A DNA stretch of 64,000 nt from Phyllosticta citribraziliensis (taxonomy: Eukaryota), in NCBI RefSeq assembly GCF_038025025.1, contig NW_027117346.1, forward strand, positions 1,798,001-1,862,000. The letters are read 5' to 3'. How positions within the stretch are numbered: position 1 is the first letter of the stretch; every line of letters starts with the position of its first letter. This document shows, one piece after another, positions 33,044 to 51,091 of this stretch. Made by a program: the position numbers and the translations under genes. Under the pieces are notes generated by a model. The model worked only from the letters and a program-made list of their open reading frames with translations. It ran no database searches and had not been told where the DNA came from.

Positions 33044-36000
33044 TCAGAGCTCAATAGCATCCTCGATGCTGTTTCCGGCGTCGCGGTATTTGGATGGCCC
33101 CGGGTTGACTTGTGGATCATCCTCCTCCTCTTCGTCGTCATCCTCATCAACACCTTGTTCATCTTCCTGGCCTTCCCTTTGCTCACTGTATCCCTCATCG
33201 TCATCATCTCCCGCTCCACCCGACTCATATTCGTCATCAACTTCGTCCATCATCGCCAGCGTCGCGTCATCAATGTCTTCACTGCCGGTGAGATCAAATT
33301 CTTCCTCTACCGCGCTCCTGCGCTCGCGTTGGCGCGTCTCTCGGGCGTATTGCGACAGGTCGTCATCCTCAAGCTCATCATCCTCCTCTTCGGCTCCATC
33401 GTCCGAAAGCGATTGTTCTGCATCATGTGGGATTTCCTCGTCCTCGTCCTCAGAAGACAGAATAATGACGTCGGCGCTTTGAGTAGCGGGCACGCCATTG
33501 CTTTTGATTTTAGCATCGGAAGCACGCTGATTGGGTTGAGCTGGCTGCGGCAAAGTGCCCCGAGGGATATTGCGGGACGTGGCAATGGAGCTAGACGGCT
33601 GTGGCGAGCCCAAATTCACACGGCTCGGGTGATTGCCAGACGAAGCGTTTGGTCGAAAATGACTCTTGTTGTCCGCGACGAGCTCAGGCCTTCTCGACGG
33701 CTGCGTGTCGCTCCCCTTGTCCATCGACTTGTTTGCCAGCCACCGCGCGCCGCCGTACTCGGACCGGGGAAGAAACTTGCTCTGACGGCCCCAGTACTTG
33801 GGCAGGCTGCTACTCGCCGGCGCTGGCGCCGCCGCCTGGCTCTTTCCAAAATGCGAGCTGCGAAAGTCACTGTAAGAGCGGGCGAGCGGATCGTCCATGG
33901 AACTCTGGCTGAGGCGCCGCGACTCACGCTCATTCTCCTCGCGCAGGCTGCGCAACGCATTAATGTCGTCCATGAAAGACTTGGTGAGGCTGCGGCATTT
34001 CGAAACAAGAGGGTCGTTGGCGTCAGCGTCGTCGGCCTTGGAGACGCTCGACGGCGTGGCTGTGGGTTGTTCGCGTGAGACAGCCCTCTTTTTGCGGTCG
34101 GGCGGAGTCGTGGAGCGGCTTGCAAAAGATTCCGCATCTTCAGAGACGGCATCGCGTACCCGCTTTCTCCTATTGGGGTAGACGTCGTCGGGGTTGATGC
34201 CCATGGCGCGGAGGCGAAAGTAGTCCGTCTTGGTTGTACTGATGCGACCCTCATAGGTGCTGTCTGGAGGAAGAAGGGGATCGCCAGCGAGAAAGCTAGC
34301 GCGATATCTGGCCGGTGCCTTGGAAACGCGAAAGTCTTCGTTTTGCGGCGCCAATGCGCGAGAGGAGTAGTGACTTGCGCTTTTGCGTTCAGACAGCGTC
34401 GATGATCCTCTGCGTTCAGACGCTGTCGAGGGCGGCCTCGGAGGTGGATCCATTGACCGCTTCTGACGCGCCAAAATGTCCGCAATGCCAATGCTAGAGC
34501 GAAACGAGTCCTTGAACCCGTTGCGATCGCTCTCTTGCGAAGCACTGCGCCTCATTGTGCTAGCAGCCATGGTGTTTTTAAAGTCTTGAACGTCGTTCTC
34601 AATTCGGCTGTCGCGGGTCCCTCGGGAGGCGGATATGACGGCTGAACGACGTGCTTTGCGCCGCTCACGAGCACGGCGCTTGTGTCTAGCCGCCGCACAC
34701 GAGTCTTTCCAGAGCTGCACGTAGCGGATAGAAAGCTTGCTGGCTCGGAATTTGCGGGCGAGCTCTTCTTCTTGCTCGTCTTCAAATTGCCGTATAGCGT
34801 CGCGAATAATCTCCTCCGTCTTGTGTTCGATAAATTGGGCGAGGAGGCCACTGGTGGGTTCAAGGACCAAATTTTCCGTGATTTGTTGGTAGGCGCGGGA
34901 TTTTTCTTCTTTGCGGTCAGGAGAAAATTTGATTTGAGGTTCATTAGGTGTTACTGTAGGTGGAAGCGAGGTTTTGGGTGGTGTAGGTGCTGGAGGAAAG
35001 GGTGTAGTCTTAAGAGGTTCAGAAGAGTGTGTGGAAGAGCCGCCAAGAGAGAAGTTGGACGGGGAAGATTGAGGAGCCTGATTTGGAATTCCACTGAGCG
35101 GAAATGGTGGTGGTTCCAAAGCAGGTTGCGAAGGGGGAGGTCTAGGTGCAAAACTTCCCAAGTTTGGTGATTGCTTGGTTGGGTTGAACAATCCACTTGA
35201 GGCCTGCGGAGGTTTGATCGTTGTCGAAGCAGGCGTCGTTCCTGGCGCGGGAGGAAATGTTGATATTGATGGTTTGGGCTGAAACCCAGAGGCCCCAGAA
35301 AGTTGGGGTGTAGTGAAGCCAAAAGGATTCTTAGCTTCCGACTCAGACAGCAGGTAGGAGCCCCCGGAAGCAGGCATGTCGAAAGGCGTCGATTTTGGAG
35401 AACCCGGAGGAGTCGCTGTTCCGGGGGTCTGGGTGATTGATGATGGCTGGCCCATGTTTGCAAAGCCAAAAGTTTTCGAGTCGTTTTGGGTTGTCGGGTT
35501 TGTCGACGTGCTAAAAAGCGAGGGTCCAGTTGTGGAGGCCGGGGGGAATAAAGTCGTGCTTGGCTTCTTGTCAAAGCTGAAAGCCGACTGCGCGGAAAAT
35601 GCAGATGTGGACGCCGGAGCCGAGGACTTGTACTCGGGTTCTGCCTCCTTTGAGACCTCTGTAAAAGGTCCCGGGGGCTTGCTGAAAGGTGACTCCTCAT
35701 GGGTTGCAGGCTCGTTAAACACTGATTGTGCAGCGGCAGGCTGACTTAAAGGTGAATTTGCAGCAAACCCTGACTTCTCGGCGGTCTCGGCAGGCTTGCC
35801 AAATGGAAAGGCTGGAGTGGCGTTCGAAGAATTGTCGGCGGGTCGGCCCAGAGGTGAATCCGTAGGTTTTGCGTCCGCATGCTTGCCAAATGAAAATGAG
35901 GGGGAAGCAGCCGACTTTCCAAAGATGGAGTTGCCCTCAGAAACAGCCGGTTTGCCAAATGGCGAGGTAGAACTCATGGGCTGCCCAAAGCTAGAGCCTT

Positions 36001-38163
36001 CAGCAGGTTTGCCAAATGGCGAGGTAGAGTTTATCGGTTTCTCAAAACTGGAGCCTTCCGCAGGTTTGCCAAATGATGAGGTAGAATTTGTCGGCTGTCC
36101 AAAATTAGAGCTTTCGGGAGGTTTGCCAAATGGCGAGGTAGAATTCATCGGCTTCCCAAAGCCAGAGCCTTCAGCAGTTTTGCCAAACATTGACGAGTTC
36201 GTTGGCTGCCCAAAGCTAGGAATTCCCTCCACAGGCTTGCCAAACGAAAACGCCGAAGACTCAGTCGGCGTGCCAAAGGCAGAGGCTCCTTCAACAGGCT
36301 TGCCGAACGTAGAAGCCGGCGCAGTTTCCGTTGGCTTTCTCAACGCCGCCGCACCCTTAATAAACGGATGAGCAGGCGGCGCAAAAGAGCTCGTTGCCGC
36401 GCTTTCAGTCTCAGTGTCTGATTCTTGCTGGCTTACAAAGAGGGACGACTCCTTGGCCGGTCTCTTTTCCGGAATCATGGTATCCTCCACAATCAAGCCG
36501 CGCTCAGTCGCTTCTTGAACCGTGAGACCATTGATGACCGCCGACAGTGAACGGCCCCAGCGTTTCGGTTCGACCAAATTTTGAGAGCGAAACTGCTTGC
36601 GCAGGCTTGCAGCCGCGACGGGAAAGCTCTTGCCTTGTACCGACGTCAGGTCGAGGAATTCGGTACCGTCAGCCTTTTCGTCAATGACAAAGCCGTACGC
36701 CTCGCAAAAGGTGCGTGTCTCTTCGTCGTCATCGAAAGCCAGTACGCGGGTAACTTCTGCCAGCGTCCAATCCTCGGTCCGTGTGTTGCCGCCTGTTCGA
36801 TAGGCCTGCCAGATGCCATTGAGCGTAGCCTCCCTGACAGACTTGAATTCGATTTCGGAAACGCAGGCCATGAGATACGACACCTCGGGCGATTCGATGA
36901 TTCGGAAAAAGCGCGCAGAGTTGCCCTGGGCAATCGGGTGGCTTATGCGCGGGTTGAGTGGTCCGACTGGCCTAATAGTGTCGCAAGCAGAATTGAACAG
37001 CTTGACCGCTTTCCGGACCTGGGGGTTCTTGACGAGATCGGGCTCCCAAGATTGGATTCTATCCTCAATATTGGGAACCAACGACTTCATTTCAAACAGA
37101 ATGCAATATGCTCGAAATTCTCCCTCGTTTGGAGAGCGGTATCTCGAGCGGTTGGCGTCGTATAGCTCCATCAGGGTCAGAAGAGTCTTGTCAAGCTGCT
37201 CGCGGTCCTGGAAATTGTCGTATGCGTCGTAGGGCTTCTTTTCCGTCGCTAGCTGGTGCATCGAAATAATGTGGAAGCGCGCAATCCTCTCGAGACAGTC
37301 AATCTGGGTGCGGACGTCGGGTGTCTTGGTGCACTGCTGTATGGAAAAGTCGTTGCGAATGGCCCTGGTGCGGTCCCAAAGAAAGTGGTGTGCTTGTCCC
37401 AGCGACGTCTCCGACAAGATCTGATCAAACAGATAATCGCAGGTCCGCCGAAGAATCTCAGGAGGTCGTAGGTCGGACGGGAGCTGCTCCTCGACGCCTG
37501 CGGCTGCGCGCCGAAACTTCTTCACCATGCGGTGCTCCGCGGGCTCAGTGGTGCCGGGTTCCTTATGCCGTTAGACCATCGTCGACCGATGCAGAGAAAA
37601 CGTACATATTCAAGCTCCCAAACATCATTCTGGTATACGCGCTCTGCCCTCTCGAACTCGCCGCACATGTCCTGGCATGTCCCCACAATCGTAATGGCGT
37701 CGGCCAGCTTTCTGGGCTTGTCTGGGTCGGCAATGAGGCCAGCGGCAATGGCGTGCTTCCGTTCTTGGTCCCGGTTGGCTTTGAGCTACACGAAAAGGCG
37801 AAGATGTCATTCTAAATCTCCCCTTTTCATCAGCAAAGTAGTGGCAGTAAAACATACCGTTTGATATCTCTGCGCCCAGCTGAGGCCCTCCATGGACGAA
37901 TTGGGAGGAGGGAGAAGATTGGGTTTCGATGCCGCAGCTTTGGACGCGTGCGAAGCTTGCTGCGGTCCCAAATTTCTCGGTCGGGGTCCGGATGACGCGC
38001 CTCTCGAGCGCGCGGTTCCCGAGCTCCTTACAGCCCCTCGCCCACGTCTTCCACCTCCGCGACTGCTGCCCTCACTATCGCTGCCATTAGTACCTCTGCC
38101 ACCAAAGCCAGCGCGACGTGGGCCTTTGAGTCCTCCGCGGTCGCCTCCGCGCGCTGACGACAT
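33044..38163 (-). CDS. SAC3: SAC3/GANP nuclear mRNA export factor (TREX-2 scaffold), 3 exons
   Basis: RGG-rich N-terminus, IVGTCQDMCGEFER, MVKKFRRAAAGVEEQLPSDLRPP, FLWDRTRAIRNDFSIQ, CLERIARFHI, EFRAYCIL, FG-repeat region, C-terminal GNSIEDAIEL. Confidence 0.92.
35949..36190. repeat. 57-bp (19-aa) coding tandem repeat carrying FG motifs within SAC3
   Basis: GGTTTGCCAAAT recurs at 35949, 36006, 36063 and 36120 (degenerate at ~36177). Peptide unit is approximately SPFGKPAEGSSFGQPMSST. Confidence 0.85.
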
Positions 38164-39012
38164 GGCGGTCGCAGCTGTTTATTGGGGAACCACGCGGCTT
38201 CTCGTCATTCGGCGGCACGTGGCGTCTTTGTGGGTCGATGAGTGGTAGTGAAGCGGTTCTGGATTGGTAGTCGGCGGTGGAGCGGATGTCTTCTGTTGTT
38301 CTTTGTCGAGTTGAGTTGTTCAGCGGCTCCAGAAGAGCGCAAGTCCGGGCAGGCAAGCTGCAGCCGGAGCACCCCAGTCGGGCCGACTCACTAGACTTGA
38401 CGCTAGTACCAAATGGGAACCTTGTACAGCCTCAAGCACAACTTCACTTGGACAATATTATTCGTGCGGACAATCACATTTTTTAAGCTCGTTTCCATTT
38501 TCAACGTGTCATTTGATCCCTTCTCTAGCGCTGCGGAGCTGCTAGCGCCAGGCCCAAGGTCTTAAGCTAAAAATGAAGAACGAAAAGGTAGGTATCCAGC
38601 CGCTCAGAACGCTCTGTCAAATTCTTCAATGAAACAAGTGAGAAGATTGCAAACCCGCAAGAGCACAGCGCTTGTATAGCAAAACAGGTGGGCCAGTGAA
38701 AAAAAAAAAAAAAAAAAAAAAGAGCAATCTTGCAAACCGCTCAGCCAATGATGCAGTAGGTCCAGACGATCCACATCATTACCTTGACTGTACAAAGCTC
38801 CCAGGCCAAGGGGCAAAATGTCCAGGTCCAAACTCCGCACTTTTGAAAAGAATCGCAAAAGGCCCGCCGAATGCTTCAGATCATCACTTCGTAACCGTCG
38901 TGTCGTCATTCTTTCCAGCAGTCAAAAAAGACAGAGTAGTGCGAGCAACTCAGACATGTTCCATCGTACCGAGTGTGAAGCAAAAATAGCGAGAGTCGGG
39001 CAGTAACGACGA

Positions 39013-41205
39013 CTAGCCGAACTGAGACCCGTTCATGCCGTAGGAAAGGTTGGGATGTCCAAGGCTCCCGGTTCTGAATTGCTGGTTATACTGCGACTCC
39101 TCAAAGCCGCCTTGGGCGCGCATTCCGTGCATCATGGGCAAAGGTGCCTGCGCCATTTGTTGCATTTGTGGCTCGGATGCGGGAATCGCGAGGCCGATTT
39201 GCTGGGGAATTGGGCTGTTGTAGCCGTGGCCCGGAGAGAGTTGCTGGTTGAAAGAGTAGTTCATGTTTCCGGGAAAACTGGTATTCGACGACGGGTACGA
39301 AGCGGCCGAGTTGGGAGCCAGGGAAGTTGGCGAAGAAAAAGAGGAGCTTGATTGCGGTTGAAGAGCACGCCAATCAGGAGGATAAGGCGAGTACTGGCCA
39401 ATGTAGCCCTGGTCGCGATTCACGGCGTAGCCAGACTGTTCCATGAAATTCATCGCCGGCTTGGGCTCGTACGCATACCGCGACTGCACTGGCTCCTCGT
39501 AAATTGGGTGCAATGCCGGAGCTGGCTGGGAGGAGACATTGTTGGTAGATGGCTTGTTGGCCGAAGTAAAACGGTATCCATCTCCATCTGGATTCGGCAC
39601 AAACGGGGAATCAGAATCTTGCTGAGCAGCAGTGTCCCACGTCTGGTTTTGCAAGTCGAGCTGTTTTGTTTCTTTGACCAGCTCATCCTCGTGCGAGTGG
39701 CGCGCGCGAGACCGTCGTCCAGTCTGGGATTCCGAAGTCGAATTTTGGCGAGCCCGCTTTCTTGATCCATTCGACTTGTTCTTCTTGGCGGCGGGGCCGA
39801 GAGCTTGCTTGGGGTAAAGCTTCATGGTGTACTGATCCTCGCCGTCTATCAACGTTAGAAATGCCTCTAGAGTCGACGGACAAACGTACCCAAACCGCCA
39901 GCTCGGTAGTCAGAATAATATCTCATTAGCTCATAGATGTCGGCAAGGAAGATATGACGCATCCTCTGGCGCTCGACGCTGCCTGCCTTGTCCTGATCAA
40001 ACTTGAGAGTGCAGTCCTTGGTGGAGTTTTCCAAAAGATCAATGCCTCCGTCCTCCTCGGCTTTGACGAGCAAAATCTGAACACCCAGGACCAAGCGTTC
40101 TGCAACAGTTAATTAGCCTCGATCAGGCCAAGCGATGGCTGCCATCTTACCGTCCTTTCGCAGGTGGTCAGGTTCCTTGTGGCGGACTCTTTCCAGGGTC
40201 TTGCAGCCCGGGTGCGGCAGCCAACCCCACCATTCCTGGCGCTCCTTAGGCCACCAGGCCGGGGTGTCCGGGCCATCCCTGGGCTTGGAGCGCTTCTTGC
40301 CGCTCTTGTTTTCATCGCTGTTGACATAGGGGAACCGGGACTGCTTCTTCGGTTCAATGGCCTTGATCCATTGCTTCAAGACCGTCTTGGCGGCCAGCTG
40401 CTGGGACTGCTCGAAGCGGAGGCCCGTGTGGCTGACGACCTGTCGAAAGTCTTGGATTTCAAAGCTGACGGTTGGCAGTTCGGCGGGCTCCAAGTCGGCA
40501 GGCCACTCCTCGGTGTCGCCGTCGTCGACATTGTTGTCGTAAATGGTCTGGTTGTGAGAGGGCGACCTGCGGCGTTTGGCAGGAGCTAGGGCCTTGGGCT
40601 TGATCTTGACATTGATGGGGTGATTGGAGGAACGGCGAAAGCTGTCATCAGAGTCGGAGACGACTTCGATCCAGTCAGAGACGCGGTTGTCGTCAGCTGG
40701 GCAGCACAGTCAGCGTTGGTGTCACGCGAGACCAGGGAGGCGGTCAGACGCACCGTAGATGGCCGGAACGGCGGCGGTGGGCAGGGCTGACGACGGGGCA
40801 AGGCTGGAGTTGAGAGTGGCGAGGATTTGAGACTGGAAATGCTGGACCTTGTCGGAGAAGAAGCTAAAGGGCTCGCCGCGGTCGTCGACGCCGACAACGG
40901 CAAAAGCGATGGGGTTGATGTCGCGTTCGCGGCGGATGGCCTGTTGGATCTAGAGCCGAGAGGGGTTAGCGGCCGTTGTGGCAGTTGGCCAAAGTGCGGG
41001 GTAAGAACGGAACGGCAACGCAAGCGCAGGTAAGGGCCGTCGGGTCTTCCAGGGAGGGAGTCGGGTTCATGAGACTCACCTCTCGCACGGACCGCTCGTC
41101 GGGGTAGGGATGGGGCCCGGGTTTGGGTTTCGAGATGGAGTTGGAGTTTTTGCTGCCAGCGCGCAGGCGAGCAGAGTCGGTCGTCGATATTCTTTGCAGC
41201 GTCAT
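39013..41205 (-). CDS. YDR124W/DUF2841-like protein (hrmA-associated-cluster helical bundle family), multi-exon; start approximate
   Basis: QQLAAKTVLKQWIKAIEPKKQSRFPY..PAWWP..VRHKEPDHLRKD|ERLVL signature. Upstream exons are joined by GTGAGT/GTGCGT..AG introns. Confidence 0.8.
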
Positions 41206-42772
41206 GTCGCGATGGATGGTTGGGTTTGTTGCCAAGGCGCCGGCTCAGCACGAGCGTCCAAGCGCGACTCGTCGCAGGGCAGACAACCAAGCGCGGTTCG
41301 CTGCTTGGCTCAGTCAGTCGCAGATGTCGACGACAAACAAATGATGATGTCTGGAAGACTCACAGTCGAGGGTCTCGCAACCCGACGCGACGAGACGAGG
41401 CTGGCGACGGCGCGATAAGGTATGTAGGTAGACAAGGACCAAAAGTGGGAGAGAGACGAGGCGAGGCGAGGCGAGGCGAGGCGAAGCGGCAAAGCAAGGC
41501 AGGCCTGGCTAAGGTAATGTAGGCCAAGGCACCGGTATAGCCAGGGCCCGGGTACTGTAGGTAAGGTAGGTAGGCTGGCAAACACGTGGGGAGGGAGCGG
41601 AAGCGAAACGAGGAACGAAGTGGAAGGGAAAAAAATAAACCAGGCGGGAGGGAGAGATAAGCGAAGAAGCTGGAGTCGGCGGGATGGGTTTGGCCTGGTA
41701 TAAGAAGGCTGGCTGGCTGGATGGCGTTAGGTTCTTATTGCAGTGCAGCACCCTGGCCTGGCTGGCTGGCTGGCTGGCCGGCCCTGTCGATGGAGTAACC
41801 ACCCAGACATCTGCTTGCCACGGACAAGGTCAAGCGAGACGTAGGTATACGCCGTACAGCCCAGGTTCAAGTGGGGACGGAAGCTGGGCCCGACGACGAG
41901 GGGACGGCGGTGAGGACGACGTGAGGTGGGCTTTTTTTTTTCTCTTTCTCTTTCCTTCTGTGCAGTTTGTTTTTTTGCCTGTCCAAAATATAATTATATT
42001 CGCCGCGTCGTTGGTTGCTTTTGCTACATACATGTCCAAATGGGGGCCGAGCGCCGTGGCGGAACCAGCTCCCGCAGGCTCCATGCCCGGAACCTCATCT
42101 CCAGGTCCCTGGTCGCAGCAACGGCCGGCCCGTTGGTTCCTGGTCCCGCGCAATCATTCAGGTCAGGTCAGGTCAGGTCAGTGAGAAATCGGACAGCGAC
42201 GACAGGACGACGACCTGACGACTGTCTCAGCCCTAGCATCCCCGCAAAAACACCGGCGCCACTGCCACTGACAGACATGACAGGGAGGCTCCCGCCCGGC
42301 CGCCCGTCCTCGGCCCTACCCGATGCCCACCGGCATCCACCTCAGACATCCATGGTCCTAACCTAGGTAAATCCCCCCCCCAAATCTCCCGCCCCGGCCC
42401 GTTGCCGCGCCACGGACACTGACTCCGGCTCCGACTCCGACTCCGACCTGGCCTACCGTACGGTACCTAGCAAGTCGGTGAAGGCCGTTTGTTGAAAAAG
42501 CAACCATCCCCCCTTCTACCTCCTCTGCTCCCCGCGGACTTTACGGCCCCCCATCTCAACCGGCCACCACCACGGACAGCACAAGACACCCACCACGTAC
42601 GTACGCACTCAACCGTCAACACACAAACTGATGCAGGGGCTGCCGCGCCTCCCCGTTGGTTGCATGTCACTCCATCAACTGTACATGGCCGTCATGGCCT
42701 CTCCTTTTCCAGACAGCCCCTCCCCGCCCCGGATCCACCCTGACCGCCAGCCCGGCTGCCGGCTCCCTTCAT

Positions 42773-47842
<5,070 letters not shown>

Positions 47843-48325
47843 TGAAGCGTGCAGTGGCGCGGGCAAGCAGAGAGCTGATGTCGCCTCTCCTCCGGCGGGG
47901 GCAGGTGCGGAGGAGAAATGGAGAGCGAGAGTGGCGGTAGAGCAGGGGACAGGAGAGGGCGAGCGAGGGCCTGCGATTGCGAGTGGTAGAAAAAACTCAG
48001 TAGGTTCAGAGGAGAGGCGATAGGAAGAGGAGAGAGAGTGGAGGAAAGATGACGGCAGCCAGACCTGGAGCAAACTGAACATCGATGTCGGAAAGATCGG
48101 CGGCCCTAGCCCGGCGGCTAACTTGATGGAGCAATAGTGTACTGCGTTTGTAAGCGAGATCCACGTCACTTTGGGCCGCACGGCCCCATGTCGGCGCTAA
48201 GGCTGCCAAAGGCCGCTACCTCCTTCGCTTCAGTCCCTTTGAAGATTCATTCCATGCCATGCCAACAACGGCAGCTCAGACTGTCCACACCGCCATCCTC
48301 CCTCAACTACCAGCTTACCTGTACT

Positions 48326-50713
48326 CTAGTTGCCTGCAAATTCAATGTGCTGGGTATTGCTGCCGCCTTTTGCATCAGCCTCTCCCATCACCGTGTCCTC
48401 CGTATCCGTCCTTCCCTGGCCTGCGTCTGCCTCCGCACCACCTCCTTCGACTTCATAGGGCGGAGGCTGCTCTGTTTCCCCCGCCAGTTCTTCGCCAAAG
48501 AGTGCATTGTCTGCAGAGACGAATTCCTGGGATGCCTTCTGTTAGTCGTTTGCTGAGTGGCCCTCGGATACGAGTGCTTCCTTACCGCTAGAGCCGGTGG
48601 CAAATCTTCCAATGGCTCCGAGAGTGCCTTTTCACTGGCATAGACAAGCATGACTTCGCGGCTCTCAACGACTGCCGCCGTGAGGGCATCCGCCTGGGCG
48701 ATGCGCTGCAGCCTTCGATCAGCAAAGCGTCCGACCGTCCAAAGTTGCCTCGGAACTTACTGATTTGGAAATTTGGCCGCTGCTGTCGCATTGAATCCTC
48801 CACCAGTCCGTACAAGATTCACTACCTTGTCCAACTTCTTGGTCTTGATCCGCCGTCGGCTTGCCATAATTTTGCTTGACGTAGAGGACCGAGGGATCCG
48901 TCGACAACCCACACAGCTGATATTTTGCCTTTGGCCCGAGTTCAGATGCGTCTGACTGCTCCTTCAAAAGGCCAGAGAGCTGTTCCAGGCTCTGCTGAGC
49001 CAACTGCTCTTCCTTTTTCAAATCCTCAATCTTGCCCTTGACATTGTCGTAGATGGACTGCAGCTGTCCAAGTACTTCATCGTCCTGTGCAGAGTCGCCC
49101 TCCTCGGTGGCTCCCATGTCCACATCGCCGTCCGTTTCAATCTCTTCCTTGCTTGGAGCTCCAAAAGCAGACATGGCCGTCTCCAACAACGCCAGAGCGT
49201 CTCCAGTCTTGCCTTGGTAGCTAAACCGAGCGTATTTTTGTATGCTTTGTTGAATCTCTGCAATCCTGCCCCGGTACTCGGCACGGTCCTTCCTCATCTG
49301 CTTTGACTTGCTCTCGTGCTCGGTAAGGTACCTGTCGGCGAACCAAGACGGGGGGATGATCATGTTGAGACCGTTTGCACCCACGTCCGGCTGCTTCAGT
49401 ATGAGAACAAGAACCTCGGCAATGTGGTCTATGGACGCGTGGACATCCTTGGTCCCATCGGGATCATTACTCCAGATCGTGTCGTCGAGAACATCGTAGA
49501 GAGATAAACAAGCACCACTACCACCGTTGTCGAGAACAGGAGTGAGGCATTTGAACGAGGGGCGCGAAGAGTTGCCAGACTGGACTTGGTGAGCTGTGGT
49601 TTCAAACAACCCTTCAAGACCATCCGAAGGCTCAAAGCGCGTCGCTGCCGCCATCCATGACCATAAAAATCTTATGGCATCCTTCTCCTCGCTCAACCAT
49701 GCTGGATGACGAAACCACTCAAGCTTGGTGAGAGCGTCTGCACTGCCGTAAGCGCGCGCCGTTGCATGAAGAAAGGCCATGAGCCTTTGCGTCTCATGAA
49801 TCAGCTTCCCGTCGGTGCCGGAATCGTCCTGGCCATCAATGATTGTCTGAGGAAGCGCGATAGGAGTTCCGGACCACCACAACGGATCTTGGCCATAGCT
49901 TGGGAGAACGTGGTTCTTCAGGAGCAGCGCGTTTCGAGCCATTGGTATACGCTCCAGTATGGTGAGCAGCGCCGGAAGGTAGTCTTGGGACGGTAATGGC
50001 TTCAAAAAGGCCGGCTCATCTTGATTTCTAGTACGTTGATTCGGTGGAGGGTCTGGTATGGTGTTGGAGACGGTGGTCAGCGCCCACTGACTTGACTCGT
50101 AGTGCTCTCTTGTGGCAGGTCCGAATTGCACACCTGTCCCACCGACCACCCCAGTCTCCTGGTTCATGACTGTGTCTCCGCGTCAGCTTCCCCAGTACCA
50201 AATGCAGGGAGGCGCATACCCGGGCCGTGATAGTCTCCCATCCCGGAACCATGCAAGCTGTTGCTTGGAGTATTGGGTCTTGTGTTGGGCCGAGTGGCTG
50301 CTGTGCTGCGCGGGTATTGTCCGGCGTTGTCATCGGCGTGGTCGATTTGAAAAGCTAGGGCAAAGGAACGAAGGACGTCAGTAAACCGTGGTTGTGACGG
50401 GCGGGTGAGCTTTACAAGGCAAACCAGCGAGCTGACTGCTGCCTCCATCTCGGTCTTGGGTAAACAAGTCTTCGTCGTACTTGTCGGCGGCATAGCGATC
50501 TGGATCGGCTTCCCAGTTGGCAAGCGCTCTGTCGAGATTGCCGTTGGCGTCCTTTGGCCAGGTCAGCGAGCCATGCGCGAGTTGGCTTGGGGCGACGCTG
50601 AACTACCGTACCTTGACGAAGCGCCGCGCAATGTGCGGCTCTATCGTCGCGCACCAGACGTCGGTCACAAAAGCAACCAGTCTGTCCGCGTCTTCCTGTA
50701 AGGGGTCGGCCAT
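48326..50713 (-). CDS. RUP1-like UBA/ubiquitin-interaction protein, multi-exon
   Basis: FGPATREHYESSQWALT, PAFLKP..YLPALLTIL..IPMARNALL, ETQRLMAFL..RAYGSADAL, WWRI, MLVYASEKA, EFVSADNALF; UBA-like N-terminal exons. Confidence 0.75.
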
Positions 50714-51091
50714 GGTAGAGAGAAGTGAGGGTTGCAATTAGGCATGGTGAACAGTCAAAGAGATCGGATGCGAACGAGCTCATGGCGGGCAGCTTGCCCT
50801 GTGCGAACGGACCGGGTAGGAAGCTTGGACTCAACCACGGCAGCTGCACCGCGGGCACCGGCACCGGCACCGGCACCGGCACCACCTGCAGCGGCTCACT
50901 CGCCCCAGAACGAAGACAGCCAAAGCTCGTACAACGCTAGAGTGACGGATGAACAGAGTTGAGATTTGGAAGGTGTTGGCTACCTACTCGGTGTGTCTAT
51001 ATGTATTCAAAAGCCTTCCCGGGATATCACCCTTGCACATGCACTGCGCCTGCCAAAAAATCGCACTTCACAATAAATCGACTATCCACAC

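Noticed and set aside
41450..42450. Short simple repeats (GAGGC, GGCT, TCAGG, GACTCC) upstream of the DUF2841-like gene
   Set aside because: Ordinary low-complexity microsatellites in a long promoter/5' region; no higher structure seen
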